Shown here piece by piece: positions 36,325 through 44,388 of a stretch of DNA of 51,612 bases (positions are counted from its first letter, which is position 1; every line of letters begins with the position of its first letter). Made by a program: the position numbers and the translations under genes. The stretch is from an uncultured Verrucomicrobiota bacterium (GTDB lineage: Bacteria; Verrucomicrobiota; Kiritimatiellia; JAAZAB01). The notes beneath the pieces were generated by a model, which did no database searches, had not been told where the DNA came from, and saw only the letters and a list, made by a program, of their open reading frames with translations. The stretch spans positions 1 to 51,612 of the forward strand of contig CAYQNY010000001.1 of the NCBI GenBank assembly GCA_964418925.1. Direction: 5' to 3'.

Positions 36325-36960
36325 TCAAACATCCTGAACCTGTACGCGCACGGTTGCGTTTTTCAGCGCTTCGGCCGTCATGTCTTCCGTGGCCGGCTTG
36401 ATTCCGATGGACAGCGTGCTCAGCAGCTTAGTCATGGCCGACTGGAACGATTCTACGTCATTCCGGATCAAGGGGATGATGGGAATGCTCTCCGGCAGCA
36501 TCAGCTGGGATTTCAAGTGATCGGCCTGTGAAAGAATGATGAACGGTTTCTTGCAGTTCGGGCACCGGCCGCGTTTGCTGATGTCCGTGTCGCGCAGCCA
36601 TAATTTCTGGCCGCAGGAGGGACAACTGATCTTAAAATCCACTTCCCCCTTGTCACGGAGTAGGAAAATGGCCATTGGCACGTTGAGTTCGTCGGGAAGA
36701 TGGCGGTAGATCATTTTAACCTTGTCCAGGGAGAGCACGTCCAGAAAGCGGGCGACAATCGCGATCGCATCCGCCTTGGCAATATGTTCCTCGAATGTTG
36801 GATCCTGGCCGGGATCGCCGGCGATGATGTCGAAGACGACCGGATGATCGCCGATAGTCAACTCGTTTTTCTGCTCCGATTCCAAAGGCTCGATAAATGC
36901 TTCCGCCAGTTCCTGGTAAATGGACAAGACTAAAGTATGAATGGATTTTGGTTCGCTCAT
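36325..36960 (-). CDS. hypothetical protein with a central zinc ribbon
   Basis: 211 aa. The motif CPSCGQKLWL-x10-CPNCKKPFIIL is paralogous to that of the 68-aa protein. The N-terminal ~115 aa loosely resemble a P-loop-less small-GTPase fold (FDIIAGDPGQD; ADAIAIVARFLD; VPMAIFLLRDKGE). Confidence 0.6.
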   Translation of the reverse strand: MSEPKSIHTLVLSIYQELAEAFIEPLESEQKNELTIGDHPVVFDIIAGDPGQDPTFEEHIAKADAIAIVARFLDVLSLDKVKMIYRHLPDELNVPMAIFLLRDKGEVDFKISCPSCGQKLWLRDTDISKRGRCPNCKKPFIILSQADHLKSQLMLPESIPIIPLIRNDVESFQSAMTKLLSTLSIGIKPATEDMTAEALKNATVRVQVQDV

Positions 36961-37164
36961 GATATACTCCTGTATTGTTGCCTCATAAAAAACGGTTAAA
37001 TATTCTGAACAATAAACAATACTAATAATTTAATCAGATTAATGCAAGGGTTTCAAGCAAAAAATCGATGATGTTAATCAATGCGATCATTTGACAATCA
37101 TGGGGATTGGTTTAACATACCAGCGAGTTAATTATAAAACTCCCGCGGATGCGACCTGTCTGTG

Positions 37165-37340
37165 TCTGACTTCGGCGTGGCAGGCAAAACGCGTCACTCC
37201 ACTCGTGGCCACGCTAAGATCGTGGCCAGCGCCGCTTGTCCTGCGCTTCGCAGGAAGACGAGCCATTGCCGCCGCAACAGGCTGTTACTCGCCCTGTTGG
37301 CGGGCCAGGCCGTGGCGTGGCTGTCTTTTCAGAGTGACTC
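37165..37340. repeat. GC-rich multi-hairpin element in the anSME 5' leader
   Basis: Hairpins: TGGCCACG-ctaagat-CGTGGCCA (37206-37228), CCTGCG-CTT-CGCAGG (37240-37254), and CAACAGG...CCTGTTG (37275-37299). The outer pair is GTCACTC (37193-37199) with GAGTGAC (37331-37337). Confidence 0.4.
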
Positions 37341-37361
37341 AACCGGTACGAATTATCCGTC

Positions 37362-38594
37362 ATGGCGGTCAATAAACCATTCTCGCTGCTCATTAAACCG
37401 GCTGGACCGGACTGCAATTTGCAATGCCGGTATTGTTTTTACCGGAGTAGGATGGCCTTATTTCCTGCCACCCGGGTTCACCGCATGTCCGCCGCTATTC
37501 TGGAGAAATTGGTATCAGGGTATATGGCCACGGACCAGGCGTGTTATGCCTTTGCCTGGCAGGGGGGTGAGCCCTTGCTGATGGGACTGGATTTTTTCCG
37601 GCAGGTAACCGATCTTCAGAACCAATATGGACGACCGGGTGTTACGGTCCAAAACAGCTTGCAGACGAATGGTATTTTGATAACCGACGTGCTGGCAAAA
37701 CATTTTTTACGTTACCGCTTCCTGCTGGGAGTCAGCCTAGACGGCCCGGAATCCATGCATGACATGTACCGGGTCAATGCGGCCGGCGCCGGGTCGTTTT
37801 CCGCGGTTTGGCGCGGGATCGAGTGTCTCCGCCGGAATAACGTGGATTTTAATATTTTGACGTTGGTAACTCAGGCCAATATCCGCCGGGGCCGGGAAGT
37901 ATATCAGTATTTATGTGAACATGGACTTTTGTTCCAACAATATATTCCGTGTGTGGAAGTGGATGCGCATGACGAATTATTGCCGTATGGCATTTCCGGC
38001 GAGGCGTGGGGCGAGTTCCTGTGTGCAATCTACGATCAGTGGATCCGGCATGATACCCGCCGCGTATCAATTCGGCTCTTTGACTCCATCCTGAATATCA
38101 TGGTGGATAACCAATACGTTGACTGCGCCATGCGTCCCGCTTGCGATACGTATTTTGTGGTGGAACATAACGGGGATATTTTCCCGTGTGATTTTTTTGT
38201 TGAGTCCCGCTGGCGCCTGGGCAATATTGCCACCACTCCGTGGAACGGCCTGTTTGCCGGACAGCTGCAGCAACAATTCAGCCGTCGCAAAAGCAACTGG
38301 AATGCGGCCTGCTCAGCTTGTGAATGGCGGCCATATTGCGCCGGGGATTGTCCCAAGCATCGCCCGGCGTCGGCAGGTGATACCCGTCCGATCAGTCGCC
38401 TGTGCCAAGGCTGGAAAATGTTTTATACGCACGCGTATCCCGGCTTTCAGCGGTTGGCTGATCAACTCCGGAAGGAGCGCCTGCCGGACCGGACTTCAGC
38501 CGGCGCCGCGTTGAATAATCCGGGCCGCAATGATCCCTGTCCGTGCGGCAGCGGGTTGAAATATAAGAAATGTTGTCAGCGCATTAAATTATGA
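37362..38594 (+). CDS. anaerobic sulfatase-maturating enzyme (radical SAM/SPASM) with a C-terminal SEC-C motif
   Basis: 410 aa. LLIKPAGPDCNLQCRYCFY (CX3CX2C), FAWQGGEPLL, NSLQTNGILI, VSIRLFDSIL, FPCDFFVESRWRLGNI and the SPASM cysteines closely parallel characterised anSMEs. The tail GRNDPCPCGSGLKYKKCC is a SecA-type zinc motif. Confidence 0.9.
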   Translation: MAVNKPFSLLIKPAGPDCNLQCRYCFYRSRMALFPATRVHRMSAAILEKLVSGYMATDQACYAFAWQGGEPLLMGLDFFRQVTDLQNQYGRPGVTVQNSLQTNGILITDVLAKHFLRYRFLLGVSLDGPESMHDMYRVNAAGAGSFSAVWRGIECLRRNNVDFNILTLVTQANIRRGREVYQYLCEHGLLFQQYIPCVEVDAHDELLPYGISGEAWGEFLCAIYDQWIRHDTRRVSIRLFDSILNIMVDNQYVDCAMRPACDTYFVVEHNGDIFPCDFFVESRWRLGNIATTPWNGLFAGQLQQQFSRRKSNWNAACSACEWRPYCAGDCPKHRPASAGDTRPISRLCQGWKMFYTHAYPGFQRLADQLRKERLPDRTSAGAALNNPGRNDPCPCGSGLKYKKCCQRIKL

Positions 38595-39409
38595 ACATTA
38601 TGGATTTGATCCTGGATATTCTGCGGAACGGGAGCGCCGGTTTTTTTGTAGGAGTTCTTATAGGCTTGACCGGCATTGGCGGGGGCGCGGTCATTCAACC
38701 GGTACTGATTTTCATACTGGGTCTTTCCCCGGTGGCCTCAGTGGGTACGGGTCTGCTTTTTTCCATGATTGCCAAAATCGGCGGCGCCGTGGCGCATATT
38801 CGGCTGCGGAACATCCGGCCGCGCCGGGTGTTGTTCTTTCTGTGCGGCAGTGTGCCGAGTGTGCTGATCGTTCCCTGGATTGTGAATAGGTTCGTGTCAT
38901 ATTGCGGGGTGGACATGATCAACCGGTATCTGCAGAACGGCATGGCCGTGGTAATGCTGGTTACGGCTGTTCTTATGGTGCTGCAGTATCTGTTTATGGC
39001 CGAATCTTTGCAGGAAAACCGGCGGATTTATCATAAAGGCGGACCGTTTCCGCTCCGGAAAAAACTGCTGGCGCTGGCATCCGGAGGGATTATAGGTGCG
39101 ATCATTGGCGCTACGTCGATTGGCGGAGGTGTGCTGATCATCCCGGTTTTCATGCTGTGGCTGGATGCCGGCATTGCTGAAGCCGTGGGCAGCAGTATTG
39201 TCATCGCGCTGCTGCTCTCCGGTCTGGGCGGGTTCGTCTATTTGATAGAAGGCAACATCCAGTTACAGACGGTACTGACCTTGTGCCTGGGAGCTATCCC
39301 GGGCGTAATGCTGGGCAGCCGGTTAACCGGCCGGATTCCGGAACGTATTCTGCAAGTGCTTGTCATCGTCCTGGTCGCCGGCAGCGGGATATGCTTGTTG
39401 CTTTTATAG
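38591..39409 (+). CDS. TauE/SafE-family sulfite/anion exporter
   Basis: 272-aa polytopic membrane protein with the duplicated 4-TM pattern and G-rich helices (LTGIGGGAVIQP; TSIGGGVLIIP). Its ATG overlaps the anSME stop codon (ATGA at 38591-38594). Confidence 0.8.
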   Translation: MNIMDLILDILRNGSAGFFVGVLIGLTGIGGGAVIQPVLIFILGLSPVASVGTGLLFSMIAKIGGAVAHIRLRNIRPRRVLFFLCGSVPSVLIVPWIVNRFVSYCGVDMINRYLQNGMAVVMLVTAVLMVLQYLFMAESLQENRRIYHKGGPFPLRKKLLALASGGIIGAIIGATSIGGGVLIIPVFMLWLDAGIAEAVGSSIVIALLLSGLGGFVYLIEGNIQLQTVLTLCLGAIPGVMLGSRLTGRIPERILQVLVIVLVAGSGICLLLL

Positions 39410-39433
39410 TCACGGGCATTGACGCGGCCAACC

Positions 39434-39466
39434 CGGATATTTCACGTGTTTCACGTGAAATATCCG
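39434..39466 (+). terminator. perfect 15-bp stem / 3-nt loop hairpin after the TauE gene
   Basis: CGGATATTTCACGTG-TTT-CACGTGAAATATCCG, with every pair verified as Watson-Crick. It lies 25 nt after the stop codon. No U-tract follows, so terminator function is uncertain. Confidence 0.45.
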
Positions 39467-39650
39467 CCTGAAAGGCTTCGACGCGCACACTGGAGCATGC
39501 TTGCTCAGGATTATCCTTTCAGTGCGTCGAAGGGTGAATCTTGAGCCGTTTCGACAATGCTCAAGGCCCTGAGCGAAGCCGAACGGGCAAGGCGTATTTT
39601 ACGCCGCGCCGAAACTTTGGCTATCCGCCACGGTGGATAGCCAAAGCACA
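39467..39650. repeat. cluster of GC-rich hairpins (REP-like)
   Basis: CTGAAAGG/CCTTTCAG; CTTCGACGC/GCGTCGAAG; CTTGAGC/GCTCAAG; GGCGTA-TTT-TACGCC; and the 12-bp stem CTTTGGCTATCC/GGATAGCCAAAG (39615-39646). The last could also terminate the minus-strand cca gene. Confidence 0.45.
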
Positions 39651-39694
39651 TATTTTATGAGCGATAATTCACTCATTAAATATGTGGGCCAACT

Positions 39695-41041
39695 TTAATC
39701 GTTTTCTTTGTGTTTCGCCGTAATCAGCTTTTTCAGCCAGGCCAGTGCCGCCTCCCGGCTGGCAACGAACTTTTCCAGTTGCGCGTCATAGGCCAGTTTC
39801 TTCCAGCGGCCGATTTCCCGGCCATTTGGCACGCCCATCGCTATGATATCATGGCCCGTGATCCAGGCCCTGGGCAGAACCGGTTTGGATTGGCACTCCC
39901 GCTGAAATGCCTGCAGGAACTCGAAGTTTTGCATATCACCGTGACTGGCCGCGCAGTCCAGGCGGTGCAGTTCCAATTCGAGCGGTAAGGTGGGCGCCCC
40001 CACCAGCCGGTGCAAAGTAGCGCGCCGCATTTTACGGACATCCATGAAGCGCATGTGATTGGCGATGGCAAACGTGATGGCTTTAATGTCTTCCGTGGGC
40101 AGGCGCAACCGCTTCAGGATCGTATCCGCCATGGCGGCGCCATGGGCGGCATGCCGATTGAACCGGATGCGGCCATCCGTAAGTTTGGCCGTCGGGGGCT
40201 TGCCGACATCATGTAGCAGGATGGCATAGGCCAGGCGCAGACTGGGTTGAGGCATGGCGTTCAGCATGAGCATGGTGTGCGTGAATACGTCCCCCTCCGG
40301 ATGAAACTGAGGCGGTTGGGCCTGTCCTTGCATGGCCGTCACTTCGGGCAGGATGATCTGGAGCAATCCGGATTGAAGTAGCAGTTCCCCGGCGTCGCCT
40401 GCCCGCTTGGATTCCAGTAAAATACGGGTCAATTCCTGCTGTATCCGCTCGACGCTGATTTTTTTAATTTGTTCCGCGTTGTTCCGGATCGCCTCGAAGG
40501 TCAGAGGGTCCAGCTTGAAATCCAGTGTCGCGGCGAAACGGACGGCGCGCAGCATCCGCAAATGATCCTCGGCAAACCGGTCGTCGGGATTACCCACGGC
40601 CCGGATGAGACCGGCGGAGATATCGGCCTGACCGCCGGCATAATCATGGATCTTGTCTTTCAGCGGATCGAAAAACAGCGCGTTAACAGTGAAGTCGCGG
40701 CGCAAGGCGTCGGTTTTTTCGTCCGTAAAGCTCACGGCATCGGGATGGCGGCCGTCCTTGTACGCGTGGTCTTTCCGAAACGTGGCCACTTCGTATTCAT
40801 TATCCTGTACGATGACGCGCACAACGCCGAATGACTTGCCGACAGCAATGGCGCGCGGAAAAATGGTCATGACCTGGGTGGGCGTGGCGTTGGTCGCGAT
40901 ATCATAATCCTTCGGCGACCGCCCCATGATCATGTCACGGACACATCCGCCCGCCCATAAGGCGGTAAATCCCGCGGCTTGAAGGCGCTCGGTGATATTG
41001 CGGGCGCCTTTGCTCAGCGATGTTGAAATATCATGAACCAT
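39695..41041 (-). CDS. cca: CCA-adding tRNA nucleotidyltransferase with an HD domain
   Basis: Start at ATG 41041 gives MVHDIST.... The PolyA-pol head domain has WAGGCVRDMIMGRSPKDYDIAT, and an HD motif LLHDVGKP is present. The longer ORF-track N-terminus (to 41425) overlaps cdd and is rejected. Confidence 0.85.
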   Translation of the reverse strand: MVHDISTSLSKGARNITERLQAAGFTALWAGGCVRDMIMGRSPKDYDIATNATPTQVMTIFPRAIAVGKSFGVVRVIVQDNEYEVATFRKDHAYKDGRHPDAVSFTDEKTDALRRDFTVNALFFDPLKDKIHDYAGGQADISAGLIRAVGNPDDRFAEDHLRMLRAVRFAATLDFKLDPLTFEAIRNNAEQIKKISVERIQQELTRILLESKRAGDAGELLLQSGLLQIILPEVTAMQGQAQPPQFHPEGDVFTHTMLMLNAMPQPSLRLAYAILLHDVGKPPTAKLTDGRIRFNRHAAHGAAMADTILKRLRLPTEDIKAITFAIANHMRFMDVRKMRRATLHRLVGAPTLPLELELHRLDCAASHGDMQNFEFLQAFQRECQSKPVLPRAWITGHDIIAMGVPNGREIGRWKKLAYDAQLEKFVASREAALAWLKKLITAKHKEND

Positions 41042-41181
41042 GCCGGCATCATACCGGTTTCCACGCCGGTAACAAAGCGGAAAAGAGTCAATGTCGCTGG
41101 ACAAAGAATCAACGGTAGGGGCGGTGCCATGCCTCCGGCGTGGTAAACTTGCGGGCCACGATTTTAGCGTGGCTGGGCCCA

Positions 41182-41589
41182 CTATTTCCGAGTCAGCTTG
41201 AATGTTTTTGGCAACAGATCCTTCAACCGGCAGGTTTGGATCGCCGCCGGCCGGGCGCCGGCGGCCAGGATAATCAGGCAATCGGGCCGGCAGAATTCCG
41301 CCAGGACCTGGAGACAGGCGCCGCAGGGGTAGGGTGGCGTCCGTCTTCCGCCCACAATGACAATAGCCTTGAATTGCTGATATCCCGCGCTGACAGCGGC
41401 CGCCACTGCCGCGCGTTCCGCGCACAGGGTCATTCCATAGGACGCGTTCTCAACGTTGCATCCGGAAAATATCCGCCCCGTGGATGTCAGCAGCGCCGCG
41501 CCGACGTTGAATTTTGAGTAAGGCGCATAGGCCTGCCGCCGGGCTGACGCCGCTTTCCGGATCAATGACTGAATCTGTTGGGTTTGCAT
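41182..41589 (-). CDS. cdd: cytidine deaminase
   Basis: 135 aa with the zinc motifs CAERAA and PCGACLQVLAEF, preceded by YAPYSKFNVGAALL. Confidence 0.9.
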   Translation of the reverse strand: MQTQQIQSLIRKAASARRQAYAPYSKFNVGAALLTSTGRIFSGCNVENASYGMTLCAERAAVAAAVSAGYQQFKAIVIVGGRRTPPYPCGACLQVLAEFCRPDCLIILAAGARPAAIQTCRLKDLLPKTFKLTRK

Positions 41590-41684
41590 GGCCGATCCTT
41601 TGTTTAATCGCGTGGAACCGAAAACTGTTCGGCTTGCCGGTTTGGCGCCCTGTTGGAATTAAACGCTGCGCCCCTAAATGTTTC

Positions 41685-42533
41685 TTACTGCTCACTGCTT
41701 ACCGCCAACTCCTTCCAGAATCCCTTGATCAGCGCCTGCATGGCCGGGGAGGTATTGATGGCCGTGGCGTGAATATTGTCGTGGACGAGAGGACCGTCAC
41801 TGATGCCTGCCGCCATATTGGTAATACAAGACAGACCGGCCACGCGCATTCCGGCGGCGTTAGCCAATATAGCTTCCGGCACCGTGGAGGAGCCCACCAC
41901 ATCGGCGCCCCACGACCGGAACGCGCGAACTTCCGCCGGTGTTTCGTACATTGGTCCGGAGACGGCCAAATAGATTCCATGGGCTGGCGTTGCGCCCAGT
42001 TGGGCCGCCGCGCGATCCAGCATGGCTCTCAGCTTGGCATCATAGACACATGATTGATCCGGAAACCGTTCACCCCACAGCGGATCGTGCGGACCGATAA
42101 GCGGCTGGGCGTTCATGGCGTTGATGTGATCGTCAATTACCATGAGTGTGCCCGGTTGCCAATCCTGGCGGAGGCTTCCGGCGGCGTTGGTCAGGACTAC
42201 AGTGGCGGCGCCCAGTTTCTTGAGAAGATAAAGGGGAATTGCCACCGGCTCCCAGCCGGCGCCCTCGTACCAGTGCCGGCGTCCCTGGAAAATGAATGTT
42301 TCCAGGCCGGCCATGTTGCCCCAAAGCAATTGGCCGGCGTGTCCGGTTACCGTAGTACTTCCCAGGCCCGGAATGTCCCGGTAGGTCAAAGACCCCTGAA
42401 TCGTGAATGACTCGATTACCGCCGGCCAGCCGGTGCCCAGGATCAGTCCGCCAACCGGGCGGGCATCAGGCCAGGCCTTCTTTACCGCTTGAAAAGCCTG
42501 GTTGAGTAGTTCTGAATTCAATTTTACCTCCAT
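41685..42533 (-). CDS. purine nucleoside phosphorylase (trimeric PNP/MTAP family)
   Basis: GHAGQLLWG, GRRHWYEG, VLTNAAG, GPMYETPAE and MVGSSTVPE-type blocks. The ATG at 42533 is preferred over the TTG at 42548. Confidence 0.85.
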   Translation of the reverse strand: MEVKLNSELLNQAFQAVKKAWPDARPVGGLILGTGWPAVIESFTIQGSLTYRDIPGLGSTTVTGHAGQLLWGNMAGLETFIFQGRRHWYEGAGWEPVAIPLYLLKKLGAATVVLTNAAGSLRQDWQPGTLMVIDDHINAMNAQPLIGPHDPLWGERFPDQSCVYDAKLRAMLDRAAAQLGATPAHGIYLAVSGPMYETPAEVRAFRSWGADVVGSSTVPEAILANAAGMRVAGLSCITNMAAGISDGPLVHDNIHATAINTSPAMQALIKGFWKELAVSSEQ

Positions 42534-42705
42534 CGCGGATAAGACCAATCATTTTACCCGCGCAACCCGCGAATTGACGCGCAATTAAGAATAATGATAA
42601 AAATCATATTGTGAAAATATTTTCTGCAATTTTTTTTAGCGTTATTTCGTGTTGCGCGGGCTAATTTTAATATGGAAAATTTTATTCCTCTTGCTGGTGA
42701 ATCAT

Positions 42706-44010
42706 TCAGACTAATTCGGTGATAATCAAGGCCGGCGGCGCCACCGGTTTATCCGTATAATCAAAAGCAGCGCTGACCAGCGCGCGGGCCGCGGCCATAT
42801 GTTTCCGGTTGCGGGCGTGAATGACGGCCAGGGGTTCATTGCGGGCCACGGATTCGCCGACTTTTTTCAGAGCGGAAAGTCCCACAGCATGGTCAATCGA
42901 ATCCGTTACACAAGTCCGTCCGGCGCCCAGCAACAGACAGGCTTTGCCGATCTGCTCGGCATTAACCGCTTGAATGAATCCAGCGTGCCTGGCTCGCACC
43001 GGGTCCCGGATTGGAGCGGCAGGTAATAGCCCCGGCTGATCCAATACCCGGACATCGCCGCCCTGCATATGGACCATAGCCTTGAATTTTTTAAAAGCCG
43101 CGCCGGACCGAATGATCGCGCGCAGACTCTTGATTGCCGCGGTCCGATCCGATGCCTTGCGGCCGATTATCAGCATGCGCGCAGTGAGTTCCAGCGTGAG
43201 TTCCGTGACATCAGCCGGGCCGCGTCCCTGCAAGATCTCAATGGCTTCGACAACTTCCAGGGCGTTGCCTGCAGTGCGGCCCAGCGGCTGGTTCATGTCT
43301 GTTATCAGGGCGGTTACCCGCAATCCGAGTTGCCGGCCGACTGCCACGAGCGTCGCGGCCAGCGCCTGGGCGTCCTCCGGCGTTTTCATGAACGCGCCCT
43401 GTCCTTGTTTAACGTCCATCACCAATCCATCAAGTCCCGCCGCCAGCTTCTTGCTGAGAATACTAGCGACAATGAGTGGGATGGACGGCACCGTGCCGGT
43501 TACGTCGCGCAGGGCGTAAAGCTTTTTATCCGCCGGCGCGATGCGGTCGGTCTGGCCCGCCATGCAGCAGCCGCAGGCTGCCAGAACGCCGAGTATTTCC
43601 TTTTCGCTCAATCGGACCCGGTAACCGGGGATGGATTCCAGCTTATCCAGCGTGCCGCCGGTAATTCCCAGGCCGCGCCCGGAGATCATGGGCACAACGA
43701 GGCCGCCGGCCGCGGCCAGGGGGGCCAGAATCAGGGAAAGCTTGTCGCCGATGCCGCCGGTGGAGTGCTTGTCTATTTTCGGGCCCGGGATTGAAGCGGT
43801 ATTGAGGACCATTCCCGATTCCAGCATGGCACTCGTCAGGCCGGCGGTTTCAGCGGGCGTCATGCCGCGCCAGAGCACCGCCATGGCCCAGGCCGCCACC
43901 TGGTAATCAGGGATTGTTCCAGCCGCGTAGCCGTTGATGAAGCCCCTGAGTTCTTTATCCGTCAGGGCCTGGCCATCCCGTTTTTTTTCAATAATCCACT
44001 GTGGCATCAT
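42706..44010 (-). CDS. thymidine / pyrimidine-nucleoside phosphorylase
   Basis: 434 aa with the KHSTGGIGDK phosphate-binding motif and SGRGLGITGGTLDKLESIPG. Confidence 0.9.
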   Translation of the reverse strand: MMPQWIIEKKRDGQALTDKELRGFINGYAAGTIPDYQVAAWAMAVLWRGMTPAETAGLTSAMLESGMVLNTASIPGPKIDKHSTGGIGDKLSLILAPLAAAGGLVVPMISGRGLGITGGTLDKLESIPGYRVRLSEKEILGVLAACGCCMAGQTDRIAPADKKLYALRDVTGTVPSIPLIVASILSKKLAAGLDGLVMDVKQGQGAFMKTPEDAQALAATLVAVGRQLGLRVTALITDMNQPLGRTAGNALEVVEAIEILQGRGPADVTELTLELTARMLIIGRKASDRTAAIKSLRAIIRSGAAFKKFKAMVHMQGGDVRVLDQPGLLPAAPIRDPVRARHAGFIQAVNAEQIGKACLLLGAGRTCVTDSIDHAVGLSALKKVGESVARNEPLAVIHARNRKHMAAARALVSAAFDYTDKPVAPPALIITELV

Positions 44011-44388
44011 GATGAAAGCGCCTTATTTCACGCACTTCGTTGAGTATTTTTTAGTCGCGAGTTGGCGGTTGACTTTGCAGGATAAACGCCTACCATAATC
44101 CGAAATAACTTAATAATAACAGCGGCCAAATTGACCGAACAAACACTCAATATCAAGTTATCAGATCACAAGATTCTGTCAATCAAGGGTTCGAATAGAA
44201 GCCAAAAAACACGCCAATGGACGCTTATCAATCACAGAGATTCACTTTCTCGGAGGACATTCCCCTGGCATTTTCCGCTATGCGACAATTGAATGCAAAA
44301 TGTTTGCGCCGTTATTTGCAGTTTACGTTTTACCCTGGCTGGGCAAGGGCGTTGTGGGCTAGGTAATCTGAAAGGTTGGAGTTATCGC

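Noticed and set aside
39441-39458. Tandem TTCACGTG repeat considered as a possible mini-array or CRISPR-like repeat.
   Set aside because: There are only two adjacent 9-nt units, and they form the arms of a single hairpin. I found no repeat-spacer periodicity anywhere in the window.
41042-41425. 128-codon N-terminal extension of the cca ORF in the ORF track.
   Set aside because: It overlaps the cytidine deaminase gene in another frame and has low-complexity R/G/P composition. The conserved nucleotidyltransferase domain begins right after the Met at 41041.
44185-44200. A GGTTCGAAT string resembling a tRNA T-loop.
   Set aside because: No complementary T-stem, acceptor stem or anticodon arm can be drawn around it. 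No tRNA-like cloverleaf was found in any other intergenic gap either.
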